From Fervidicoccaceae archaeon (GTDB lineage: Archaea > Thermoproteota > Thermoprotei_A > Sulfolobales > Fervidicoccaceae): a stretch of DNA of 64,000 nt. How positions within the stretch are numbered: the first letter of the stretch is position 1; each line of letters begins with the position of its first letter. The notes under the pieces were generated by a model. The model had not been told where the DNA came from. It ran no database searches and saw only the letters and a program-made list of their open reading frames with translations. Position numbers and translations under genes: made by a program. Positions 19,077 to 28,079 of the stretch are shown here, piece by piece. The stretch lies in the NCBI GenBank assembly GCA_038734945.1, contig JAVYOA010000003.1:1-64000 (forward strand), written 5' to 3'.

Positions 19077-19758
19077 GGTCAAGCAAAATTGCTTTTCCAT
19101 TTTCCATGTATATGACCCTTGAATTTTGAAATCTCGATATAATCCCCTCGTCGTGAGATGTCATCACTATGCCTGTCTCTCTCAGCTCCTCTCTGAGTAT
19201 TCTTTCAAGAATAGCTCTCCTCTCTTTATCCAGATGGGAAAAAGGTTCATCTAGGAAAAGAAGGGATGGTTCTATTGAGATTGCTCTTACTATGGAAACA
19301 AGCTGCATTTGACCAGAAGAAAGCTTCCTAGCATCTTTCTCGAGTATATCCTCAATTTTGAGCTCCTCCATCAGCTTAATTGTTCTCTCATATACTTCCT
19401 TTCCATTCTTTCCTCTTATGCTTAGCCCAAGCAGGAGGTTTTCAAGAACTGTTCCCCTTACAATAATAGGCTTCTCATGAACAAATGTTATCTCTCTTCT
19501 GATTTCGATTTTCTTATTCTCAGGGAGAGACCAGAAGTTGGAATTGTTTACAAGGACATCTCCCCTAGAGGGTTTGTATATGAGTGCTGCTATTTTCATC
19601 AGGGTTGTCTTTCCTGCTCCATTTGGACCGAAAATTATTGTGGTCTCTCCACTTCGAAACGAAATAGTAATACCATCCAGAACCAAGTGGGCCTTGTTTC
19701 TATATTTATATTCAACGTCTTTCAAGACAACCTCAATCGGTTTCGCTTGCACTGCCAA
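19048..19758 (-). CDS. Tungstate-type ABC transporter ATP-binding protein (TupC-like)
   Basis: GPNGAGKT, LSSGQ, LDEP; in an operon with TupA/TupB-like genes. Confidence 0.88.
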   Translation of the reverse strand: MAVQAKPIEVVLKDVEYKYRNKAHLVLDGITISFRSGETTIIFGPNGAGKTTLMKIAALIYKPSRGDVLVNNSNFWSLPENKKIEIRREITFVHEKPIIVRGTVLENLLLGLSIRGKNGKEVYERTIKLMEELKIEDILEKDARKLSSGQMQLVSIVRAISIEPSLLFLDEPFSHLDKERRAILERILREELRETGIVMTSHDEGIISRFQNSRVIYMENGKAILLDRAHSFGPSS

Positions 19759-20380
19759 TCACCTTTAGTGCTAATCCTATTCCGATCATCAGTGCGAGTA
19801 AAGCGAGCCCGAGTTGAAGGCTATCAGCAAATTCCCCCTTTGATACGCCCAGAGCTATAGCAGTCGTCATGACCCTAGTGTATCCAGCTATATTTCCTCC
19901 AAGCATAAGAGCAATCCCCAGTTCTCCAATTGCTCTCGAAAATGCCATTACTGCTGTGGCCAGGAGTCCATTTATGGATTCCCTTAGAATAAGCATGGCT
20001 GTCTGTATCTGCGTTGCACCAAGAGTGATAGCAAGCTCCAGTATGCTATGAACTTTCTCCCTGAGAAGCCTGTAGCCCATAGAAACTATTATTGGAATAA
20101 TTAGAATTGCTTCTCCGATTATCATTGCCATAGGAGTATATAAGAGATGAAGGCTGCCTAGCGGTCCTGAAGAGCTTAGCAGAAAGTAAAGCAGTAGCCC
20201 AAGAACAACTGTAGGGAAGCCGACAAGGGATTCCACTATGGCAGATCCCCATTCGGGAAGGCCTTTGAGTGAGAGCCTATATGCTAGTAAAATTCCAATT
20301 GGAAGCGCTATAATTGTGGCAACTCCAGAAATATAAATGGATCTCAATATTGTCATGACTGTTTCGTACTCCATATTCAA
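19733..20380 (-). CDS. Tungstate ABC transporter permease (TupB-like)
   Basis: PTVVLGLLLYFLLS..GPLG, RAIGELG..LMLGGNIAGYTRVMTTAI. Confidence 0.88.
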   Translation of the reverse strand: MNMEYETVMTILRSIYISGVATIIALPIGILLAYRLSLKGLPEWGSAIVESLVGFPTVVLGLLLYFLLSSSGPLGSLHLLYTPMAMIIGEAILIIPIIVSMGYRLLREKVHSILELAITLGATQIQTAMLILRESINGLLATAVMAFSRAIGELGIALMLGGNIAGYTRVMTTAIALGVSKGEFADSLQLGLALLALMIGIGLALKVIGSASETD

Positions 20381-21282
20381 CCATCTCCTGCTAGCATGTT
20401 CCAGACATTGTTCAGAAATTCCTCTTTTCCATATGCTGGAAAAAAGAGAGGCGAGCCGTAGTCAGATACTCCAAAATTGCCAATGAGCTCTTGACTTCCA
20501 TCAACAAAATCAACAAACTCCTTTGCAGCTTCAGCTTCACTCCCCCTGCATCCAGAAACTAGATAGGAGCTATAGACGTTTATGAGCTCAGTCGAGTTAT
20601 AAAACAGAATAGTTAAATTGGGAATGCTTCCGCTCTTCTCGAATACAAGATAGGTTCCTATGTCGCTGAGAGTGTAGGCTTTGAGCTCGTTTGCCATTAT
20701 CAAAGCCTGATCCATTCCTCCTCCTATTACTTTATACCATTTCTTTCCCATAGGGTTCAATCCAGTTTCATTCCAAATCTGGAGCTCTTTCACATTTGTA
20801 CCTGAGTTATCTCCCCTGCTTATAAAAACAGCTTCATCTCTCTCTCCAGCTAAGAATATCCTAGTGAAAGCTTCCGAAGCATTATGAGCTGTGCTCACGT
20901 TAGCAGGATCGTTCTTAGGACCAACAATCACAAAGAAGTTATAGGCAAATATGTGATGGTAATAAATCGAGGAAGTGGATAAGTATTTTTTTTCTAGGCT
21001 CGGTGCATGGACGAGAACAGCGCAGGATTCTCCTCTCCTGGCTAGCTCAAGAGCAGCTCCGCTTCCAACTGGTATGAACTCTACGGAAATCCAGGGATGG
21101 GAGGACTCAAAAGCTGAGCCAAGATAGTCCAAAAGCCCCGTAGCATAAAGCGAAGTCGTAGTTGAAACTAGGAGTCTCGTCTGCTGCGGGAAAAGAATGT
21201 GATATGTGAAAATGGAGAGAATCGCTATAGTAGCAAAAGCTGCCAGAAAAACATAAACAATTCTGAAGCTAAGCTTGTACAA
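20377..21282 (-). CDS. Tungstate ABC transporter substrate-binding protein (TupA-like)
   Basis: STTTS tungstate-binding motif, GSGAAL, VHAP, SRGDNSGT, YTLSD.GTY. Confidence 0.9.
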   Translation of the reverse strand: MYKLSFRIVYVFLAAFATIAILSIFTYHILFPQQTRLLVSTTTSLYATGLLDYLGSAFESSHPWISVEFIPVGSGAALELARRGESCAVLVHAPSLEKKYLSTSSIYYHHIFAYNFFVIVGPKNDPANVSTAHNASEAFTRIFLAGERDEAVFISRGDNSGTNVKELQIWNETGLNPMGKKWYKVIGGGMDQALIMANELKAYTLSDIGTYLVFEKSGSIPNLTILFYNSTELINVYSSYLVSGCRGSEAEAAKEFVDFVDGSQELIGNFGVSDYGSPLFFPAYGKEEFLNNVWNMLAGDG

Positions 21283-21431
21283 CTTTATTCACCATTCATT
21301 TCTCCTGCCTTCCAGCGTACAGTTTATTTGACTCGTAGTTATTTAAAAAAATATTATGTATAACAATAGACATTTGCATTCTATCCCTTTTCGGTCTTCA
21401 ATGTAGGAAAAATGCTATGGGGGGGTAAGAG

Positions 21432-22511
21432 CTGATATTTGAATTTGTTGATCCAAAGAAAAGAGTGCTGAGATTGAGAGTTGAGAACTCGGATGATCTC
21501 TGGGTGCTTTACACCCTGCTCAGAGAAGGAGATCAAGTTACAATGAGGACTCTAAGAGAGATCAAGCAGGGTGAAGGAGGAAGAAGTAGAAGAGTCCCAA
21601 TGATATTAACAATAGTTATGAAGCACATGGAATTTCAACCATTCACTAACAAACTCAGAATAAGGGGATCTGTTATAGAGGGGCCTGATGTCTTTGGTCT
21701 CCTGGGATCGCATCACACGCTCTCAGTGGATGTCGGTGATGAGCTCATTGTCTTCAGGGAGGATGGATGGAGCGGAAGAGATTTACAGAGATTGGAGAAA
21801 CTGTCAATGAAGTTAGGCTCCATTCTAATAGTGGCAATTGATTATGATGAAGTTGGAATCAGCATTTATAGGAGACAGGGGGTGAAAGGAGTTCTCAACA
21901 GAGATCTGAAACTCAGCGGGAAGGGAAGCGAAAGCAGGGATGTTGAGCTCAGAGATGCATTGAGAGAAATTGCTAGAGACATTGAACTGATTCTGAAGAA
22001 AGAAAGTGACATTGTTGGAATTATAGTAGCAGGACCTGGGTTCTTGAAGGAACAACTGGCATCTGAGCTATCCGAACTGGTGAGAAATATGCCTATTGCT
22101 GTCGAGAGTGCGAGCATGGGGGGAGAAGCGGGAGTGAGGGAAGCAATAGCCAGAGGTAAGCCAGCTGAGCTGTTGAGAAGCCAGGAAATGCAGGAGATAG
22201 ATCGCATTTTGGATAGAGCACTGGAGCTATTGGGAGAGAAGCCTGGTTACATTGCTATTGGATTGGAGGAATGTGAAAGAGCTTCATTGATGGGAGCTGT
22301 GGATCTTTCCTTGGTTCTCGATGAGCTCCTTTCCGTTCAGAGAAAAGAAATGAGGGAAAAGGTCGAGGCCATACTAGAAAGGATTTACTCGTATGGAGGG
22401 AAAATACATGTAGTCCCAAGCAGTTCTCCCGCAGGTGAAAGAGTTTTTTCTCTTGGTGGGATCATATGCTTGCTAAGATTCCCAGTTAAGGAAGAGAGGG
22501 GGAATAATTAA
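21432..22511 (+). CDS. pelA: mRNA surveillance / ribosome rescue protein Pelota
   Basis: ENSDDLW, EFQPFTNKLRIRG, GSHHTL, AGPGFLK, LGGIICLLRFP. The start is probably CTG 21432; the ORF track uses GTG 21465. Confidence 0.93.
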   Translation: MIFEFVDPKKRVLRLRVENSDDLWVLYTLLREGDQVTMRTLREIKQGEGGRSRRVPMILTIVMKHMEFQPFTNKLRIRGSVIEGPDVFGLLGSHHTLSVDVGDELIVFREDGWSGRDLQRLEKLSMKLGSILIVAIDYDEVGISIYRRQGVKGVLNRDLKLSGKGSESRDVELRDALREIARDIELILKKESDIVGIIVAGPGFLKEQLASELSELVRNMPIAVESASMGGEAGVREAIARGKPAELLRSQEMQEIDRILDRALELLGEKPGYIAIGLEECERASLMGAVDLSLVLDELLSVQRKEMREKVEAILERIYSYGGKIHVVPSSSPAGERVFSLGGIICLLRFPVKEERGNN

Positions 22512-23560
22512 AACATTATCCTCTCTCTATTGAGAACAAACCTATCATCTGTTGGATGCGATTCTATAATCTCCGCTGCTCTTCCCACATTTATCTTTCT
22601 TATTGTCTCTAGATCATCCGGGTGAAAGCAGAGCCCCCATCTGCATTCAAACAAAATACCTTTCTCTACATATGAAGCTGTCCTGTGCGCATCATAATCT
22701 AGAAGAACTCCAAATATCACTGTTCCTTCACTCGTACTCTTCTCATATATCTTCAGATCGCTTCGAATGGTCCTTAGAAATCTGTTCCTAGTTTGAATTC
22801 TATCCTTAAATGATGCGGGGCAAAAGTGTATTGGTATTTTCAATCCCAGCTTCATAGCTTCTCTCATAGCATTTAGAGCAGTTTCAGCACTTCCCACAAT
22901 AGACTTCCCATCCTTTGACACGATGAATCCAGCTAGTTGGAGAGAATCAACATTGCTTTCGCTCACGTCAAGCTCATTTATGTTTAAGAAGTCAGCTCCA
23001 ATGCTATCAAGAAAAACAGCTAAGTCCACAATTTCCTTCTCTCTTCCTGGAATTGCTGGAATCTCGGCTCCTACTGACATCGATGTTTCCCTTTTTGCTT
23101 CATTAATCCTCTTAAGAGTAGCTATTTCTGTTGGATGAAATCTTATCTCATCCAACCCTGCTCTATCCAATCTCTTTAGAATGTCCCTCCTGATCAAGAT
23201 CCCATTTGTGTACAAATGAAGATGAAAGGATGAGCCAAAGGAGGATTTTAGTGCCTCTATGATGGAAATTGTTCTTTCTAATCTTTCCAGCGGGTCTCCT
23301 CCGGTTAGACTCGCCGAATCAGCTCCGCTCCTTTCAATCTCAGATATCATGTCATCGATGCTCTTCACCTCTTTCTCGTTCACATAGAAAACATCTTTTC
23401 TAATTCTGTTTAACCCAACTGGACAGTAATAGCACCTTTCCCTGCACAGACCTGTAACAAAGATAACTGCCTTGCTTCCCTGAAAGCATAGAGAGCAGCC
23501 CCTCGAAACTCGATCTCCATATATTGCCGAATAATTTGCGATCTTCAAGCTATAGCTCAA
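22508..23560 (-). CDS. Uncharacterized archaeal radical SAM protein
   Basis: GC.LC..G.K.V.FVTGLCRERCYYCP (CxxxCxxC), TGGDPL, HLYTNG, LDEIRFHP, FLNINEL. Confidence 0.9.
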   Translation of the reverse strand: MSYSLKIANYSAIYGDRVSRGCSLCFQGSKAVIFVTGLCRERCYYCPVGLNRIRKDVFYVNEKEVKSIDDMISEIERSGADSASLTGGDPLERLERTISIIEALKSSFGSSFHLHLYTNGILIRRDILKRLDRAGLDEIRFHPTEIATLKRINEAKRETSMSVGAEIPAIPGREKEIVDLAVFLDSIGADFLNINELDVSESNVDSLQLAGFIVSKDGKSIVGSAETALNAMREAMKLGLKIPIHFCPASFKDRIQTRNRFLRTIRSDLKIYEKSTSEGTVIFGVLLDYDAHRTASYVEKGILFECRWGLCFHPDDLETIRKINVGRAAEIIESHPTDDRFVLNRERIMF

Positions 23561-23564
23561 GAAG

Positions 23565-24293
23565 CTATCTCCCTCTCAAAGCTCTTCTGACAGCAGGGTC
23601 CCTTTCCGCTATTTCCTTCAACTTCTGTTCAAAGCTCTCACCTGTGCTCACAAGCTCGCTTAAGTAAACTCCTGTTCTTCCTATTTTATCCCTTCTACTG
23701 AGAACTCTCATTCTTTCCAAGACTGTTTCGAGGCTTATGCCAAGCAGTGATGCCACTTCCCCCTCCCTTCCTAAAATGCTGGACACCAGATAACCGTGCT
23801 CAATCGGCTTGATCAATTCCAATCTCTTATTGACGCCCAGGACTCTTTTCCCTTCTTGAAGCTCCTCAAGAGAAATTGAACCTCCAAACTTATAGAACTC
23901 AACCTCCCTGCTTTGAAGCCTCGCAAGCGGAAAGCTGACAACTATTAAACCCTCTGGATCTAATGTTATGTATCCCTTTGGAGTGCTCATGGGCGTGGCT
24001 TGAACAATTTTTCGCTCGAACTGCTTGAGCCCAAATCTATCTAGAGCTATTTCTATTATATATGATGGAGTCATATTGAGGACAGCTATATCAACATCGC
24101 TCTTTTCGTGAACATCTCCTCTTGCAACACTTCCGTGGAGAAGGGGATCAGCTCCCGCTTTCTTGAGAGCTTCCATAATTTTTGAGGCAATTTTTCTCTT
24201 CTCCGTGAGAAGCTCTATATCCTTCTGTTCATATAGTATGATCCGCTCATCCAGATTTCTGGATATCTTCTCTCTGACCATCCTGTTCCCCAA
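23565..24293 (-). CDS. Pol-beta superfamily nucleotidyltransferase (archaeal, uncharacterized)
   Basis: HGSVARGDVHEKSDVDI, QATP..TPKGYI, EFYKFGG, GVNKRL, RRDKIGRTGVY. Confidence 0.88.
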   Translation of the reverse strand: MGNRMVREKISRNLDERIILYEQKDIELLTEKRKIASKIMEALKKAGADPLLHGSVARGDVHEKSDVDIAVLNMTPSYIIEIALDRFGLKQFERKIVQATPMSTPKGYITLDPEGLIVVSFPLARLQSREVEFYKFGGSISLEELQEGKRVLGVNKRLELIKPIEHGYLVSSILGREGEVASLLGISLETVLERMRVLSRRDKIGRTGVYLSELVSTGESFEQKLKEIAERDPAVRRALRGR

Positions 24294-24324
24294 TTTCTAC
24301 AAAGAGAGGGGGGAGGAGGCTGGT

Positions 24325-24362
24325 CCAAAGCCCCGCATCCTTGGCCGCTAGACTACCCGGCT
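24325..24362 (-). tRNA. tRNA-Gln(TTG) 5' half (positions 1-37), probable split, trans-spliced tRNA gene
   Basis: AGCCGGG-TA-GTCTAGCGGCCAAGGAT-G-CGGGG-CT-TTG-G: acceptor 5' strand, full D arm, anticodon stem 5' strand and TTG anticodon (24326-24328). It continues into ACCAGCCTCCTCCCCCCTCTCTTT with no T arm and no 3' acceptor strand. Confidence 0.85.
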
Positions 24363-24388
24363 GCTGTCATAAAAGTTAGTTAGGCAAG

Positions 24389-24402
24389 CTTTTAAGTTTT
24401 AG
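24389..24402 (-). promoter_or_regulatory. BRE/TATA promoter of the tRNA-Gln 5' half
   Basis: Minus strand CTAAAACTTAAAAG about 30-40 nt upstream of tRNA position 1, similar to the spacing at tRNA-Pro. Confidence 0.6.
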
Positions 24403-24479
24403 CCCACTCTGAAATGCGGATAACCATCAATATTCACAATGAGATTCTAGGAAATGACTTCATGAACTGAGCAAGGGCT

Positions 24480-24959
24480 CTATTCTTCGCTCTCTTCCTC
24501 TAGCTCCAGTTCCTTTTCCTCTTTAGCTAGCTCCTCCAAGGATGGCTTTCTAGTTGTTTCCTCCAAGAGATCCTCCAGGATTTTTGCATCATCTTCTCTT
24601 ATGTATGGAGCGACTGCTGCAACCCCCCTATCATGATAATTCTCCTCGCTTACTTTCAGACTCTCATAGACTATGAGATACACAGGAAGGGTTGCTATTA
24701 TCGTGTCCTTGCCGGTTCTCTTAAGTCCAAAATCTCTATATCTCGCAATAACTTCTTTATCTGAGCCTACCTTCAGTTCTATTTCTATGGAATCTCTTAG
24801 GATCATGAAGTCGCTAAAAGTTGGTAACCACTCATTCATGAGAAGATCCTTAGCAACGCTCTTAACGACATCCTCCAGTTGACCTTCTAATACTTCCTTC
24901 TTTTTGATCTTACCTGAATGTGCCTGAATTACAATGCAACTCTGCCTTTGAGATGACAT
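24480..24959 (-). CDS. Conserved crenarchaeal hypothetical protein (DUF2286-like)
   Basis: EW.P..SDF.ILRD, LPVYLIVYES, VAPYI pattern; acidic tail. Confidence 0.7.
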   Translation of the reverse strand: MSSQRQSCIVIQAHSGKIKKKEVLEGQLEDVVKSVAKDLLMNEWLPTFSDFMILRDSIEIELKVGSDKEVIARYRDFGLKRTGKDTIIATLPVYLIVYESLKVSEENYHDRGVAAVAPYIREDDAKILEDLLEETTRKPSLEELAKEEKELELEEESEE

Positions 24960-25024
24960 TACCCGGACACCAAACTAGCTGCTCTATTTAAGAATAAGGA
25001 GAGGTTAAAAAAGGTTCTCAATTT

Positions 25025-26248
25025 TTAGGATGAAGGTGTGCTTCCTCTCATCTCGAGAAAAGCTTCTTTCAGGAGGTGCATTCCATTTACTATTTCCTTC
25101 TCTGTTGGATAGCTAAAGTTAAGCCTCATAGTATTGGTGCCACTTCCATCATGGAAGAATGCTTCTCCTGGAACGAAGACTACTCCTTTCTTCATTGATA
25201 TCTTAAGAAGATCTCTAGTGTTTATCTTATTATTGAACGACATCATCAAAAAAAGCCCTCCTCTTGGCTTGGTCCACGTTCCGTAATTGCTGAAATTTTC
25301 CTCCAGAGAGGATAGCATCATGTCCCTCTTTCTTCTGTACACGGGAAGGGACTCGGTTAAAAATTCTTTGTAGATCTTTCTCTTGATCCATTCTATAGCT
25401 ATGAATTGGGAGAGGGTAGAAGTATGCAGATCTGCCACCTGCTTCACGAGCTCGAGTGCCTCAATCAGAGGACGCTCAGCCATTATCCACCCAATTCTCA
25501 GACCTGGGGAGAGTATCTTGCTCAGAGTGCTCATGTAAATTACCCTTCCCTCCTGATCCAAGCTCTTTATTGGCTTCATTGGCTCTCCCTCAAATGTGAT
25601 TAGATTGTAGGGATCATCCTCGTATATGAGGAAATCATACTTTACAGCAAGCTCATATAGATGCTTCCTTCTATCCTCAGGAATTGTTGTTCCAGCTGGA
25701 TTGTGATTGGAAGGTATTGTGTAGAGTAATTTGACCTTCTTTCCCTGGGAATATATCTCCCGCAACAAAGATTCCAGCTCATATGTGTTGAGACCATTTG
25801 AATCTTGATTAACTCCGTATATAATGGGCTTTCTTGGTCTGAAGGAATTCAGTGCTGCTAAGTATGTGGGTTTTTCTACTATTATTATGTCCCCTGGATT
25901 AATGAGAGCTCTCGCTGTTAAGTCAAGACCCTGCTGGCTTCCGGTAAGAATTATTAGATCATCATATTCTTTTCCTTCTAACTTATACTCCAGTTTCATT
26001 AAGTCCTTCAGAGCATCGATTAGCTGAGAGATTCCTTTTGTTGGAGCGTACTGCATCGCCTTCTGAAAGTTAATTATAAGAGTTTCTTCAAGCAGTTCGA
26101 TTGCCTTCTTGAAAGGGAAAAGGCTGAAGTCTGGAAGTCCGCCTCCGAAGCTTATCACTTTCTTCTGTTCAGTGACTTTGAGAAGCTCTCTGACATCGCT
26201 TTGCCTGTACAACTTCAATTCATCGCTAAAGAAATTCGAGATTAGCAT
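25025..26248 (-). CDS. PLP-dependent aminotransferase (ARO8/LysN-like)
   Basis: SDVRELLK, ISFGGGLPD, GSQQGLDL, NPAG, EDDPY, STLSKILSPGLRIGW, MRLNFSY. Start ATG 26248. Confidence 0.92.
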   Translation of the reverse strand: MLISNFFSDELKLYRQSDVRELLKVTEQKKVISFGGGLPDFSLFPFKKAIELLEETLIINFQKAMQYAPTKGISQLIDALKDLMKLEYKLEGKEYDDLIILTGSQQGLDLTARALINPGDIIIVEKPTYLAALNSFRPRKPIIYGVNQDSNGLNTYELESLLREIYSQGKKVKLLYTIPSNHNPAGTTIPEDRRKHLYELAVKYDFLIYEDDPYNLITFEGEPMKPIKSLDQEGRVIYMSTLSKILSPGLRIGWIMAERPLIEALELVKQVADLHTSTLSQFIAIEWIKRKIYKEFLTESLPVYRRKRDMMLSSLEENFSNYGTWTKPRGGLFLMMSFNNKINTRDLLKISMKKGVVFVPGEAFFHDGSGTNTMRLNFSYPTEKEIVNGMHLLKEAFLEMRGSTPSS

Positions 26249-26524
26249 AATTTCCCCTCTATAAAAATTAATAGTTTTATATCTATTTAAATGCATCTGT
26301 ATTTTTTGAATTATATAATAAAAAATTAGAATTAGTCAAATAAGTCTCAAGATCTATGCGTTTTTTAAATAAACAATTTCATTTGTCTTATGTAATAAGT
26401 TCAATATTGGATCATCCTCATCTGCTCTGTTGAGAGAATTTGAGAGCAAAAAATATTAAAGTTCAACCCTTCTGAATTCTTTACAGCTTATTTCAATTTT
26501 TCCAAATATGTAAAGGGGATTCTA

Positions 26525-27226
26525 TTGCCTATATCTATAGAGAGCTTGGTTGAATTCCTCTTACAAGAAGAGTCTGTATCCATAGACTACTTGGAGAAAT
26601 TGCTTACTGCAAATAGAATGCAAGTTACTTCTGCACTTAAAGGACTTGAAGGTGTGAAAGTAGAAGGTGAAAGAGTGATAGTTACAAGCAAGGTTTGGCT
26701 CGCTATCTCTGCTATCAAGAAGGGGGCAAGAGCAAAAGCTATATCGAAGAATCTCAGCTGGAAGGAGTTCGAAGAAGAGGTTGCGAGGATATTTGAAGAA
26801 GCAGGCTTTGCTGTGGAAAAAAACTTTAGGACTTTTAGACCGAATAGGACTGAGACCGACGTCCTAGCAGTAAGGGGAAATGTGGTTATTGCTGTGGACT
26901 GCAAGCACTGGAAGCTCTCTGGACCTGGTCCTTCAAGCTATTCCATCGCTGCTCTTAATCACCTTGAGAGAGCTAAAAAGCTTATAAAAAGTCCAGATTT
27001 TCGAGCTTGGGTTTTCAAAAATGCACTGAGTGAAAGAAACATACGAATAGTTCCTGTGTTAATAACCCTCGCTGAAAAGGCAAAGGGAAAACAATCAGGA
27101 GTTCTTGTTATTCCGATTGCATATCTCCAGGAAGCTCTACATCAGCTTGATGAAATTCTTTTGGATTCCGAGGTGCTAACAATAGAGGGGAGCCTATCGT
27201 CCTCCAATAAAAAGAGCTTGGGTTGA
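26525..27226 (+). CDS. PD-(D/E)xK nuclease (Mrr/NERD-like) with an N-terminal HTH-like region
   Basis: LSWKEFEEEVARIFEEAGF, ETDVLA...AVDCKHW. Confidence 0.75.
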   Translation: MPISIESLVEFLLQEESVSIDYLEKLLTANRMQVTSALKGLEGVKVEGERVIVTSKVWLAISAIKKGARAKAISKNLSWKEFEEEVARIFEEAGFAVEKNFRTFRPNRTETDVLAVRGNVVIAVDCKHWKLSGPGPSSYSIAALNHLERAKKLIKSPDFRAWVFKNALSERNIRIVPVLITLAEKAKGKQSGVLVIPIAYLQEALHQLDEILLDSEVLTIEGSLSSSNKKSLG

Positions 27227-27263
27227 AAATGCTCATCTAGAGCAACAAAATGGTGAAAATTGA

Positions 27264-28079
27264 ATGAAAGTGAGCATAATTTCATACACAGATGAATGCG
27301 AACTGATTGTAGCCTCAGCTGGAAAAGCAACAATATCTGGCAAGAGTGCCGAGGAAATAATGGGCTCTATGAGTAGTGAAGCAGTTGAAAGATGGATCAG
27401 AGAAATAATTACTAGGGATCATGGAAGTGTTCTTGAGCACTGTGTTTACACATTCTCTGTGGAAGGCATATCTAGAGTTGCTTCTCATCAATTGGTTCGT
27501 CATAGGATAGCGAGCTACTCTCAGCTCAGTCAAAGGTACAGAAAAATTGAGGAGGAAATTTTCGATGTTGTAGTTCCACCAAGCGTCAGGAAAATGGGAA
27601 AACAAGCTGAGAGCTTTTTCAGAGAATATGCTGACGAAGCATTCAAGCGCTACAGAGATCTTATTTCGCATGGGATTCCACCCGAAGATGCTAGATACAT
27701 CCTTCCGCAGGCAGTTACAACTAAGCTGATTATAACAATGAATGCTAGAGAGATCATGCACTTCTTATCGTTAAGGCTTTGCTCCAGAGCTCAATGGGAG
27801 CTTAGATCGATTGCCTGGTGCCTGTTGAGAAAGCTCTTGAAACTGCATCCCAATATATGGAAATGGGCAGGTCCTAGATGTGTGATGATAGAGAATGTGA
27901 TCAAAAGCTCTCCTCAGCCAATTATAGAAAAAATTCTGGCTGACGAAGATGTAGACTACTCATTTGTTTCACAGAAGTGCCCAGAGGGTATACCAAGAGA
28001 AAAAATTGCCAAATGCATACTCAACGGAAAAAGAGATGTTTGGGAAATTATCAAAAACTGCGAACAATCTGAAATTTAA
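27264..28079 (+). CDS. thyX: FAD-dependent thymidylate synthase
   Basis: HGSVLEH, SRVASHQLVRHRIASYSQLSQRY, EDARYILP, LRLCSRAQWELR. Confidence 0.96.
   Translation: MKVSIISYTDECELIVASAGKATISGKSAEEIMGSMSSEAVERWIREIITRDHGSVLEHCVYTFSVEGISRVASHQLVRHRIASYSQLSQRYRKIEEEIFDVVVPPSVRKMGKQAESFFREYADEAFKRYRDLISHGIPPEDARYILPQAVTTKLIITMNAREIMHFLSLRLCSRAQWELRSIAWCLLRKLLKLHPNIWKWAGPRCVMIENVIKSSPQPIIEKILADEDVDYSFVSQKCPEGIPREKIAKCILNGKRDVWEIIKNCEQSEI

Noticed and set aside
24301..24480. Permuted or ordinary intron-containing tRNA-Gln, or an integration att site
   Set aside because: No 3' half directly upstream or downstream, and no integrase or foreign-looking genes on either side. An att remnant cannot be fully excluded without the rest of the genome.
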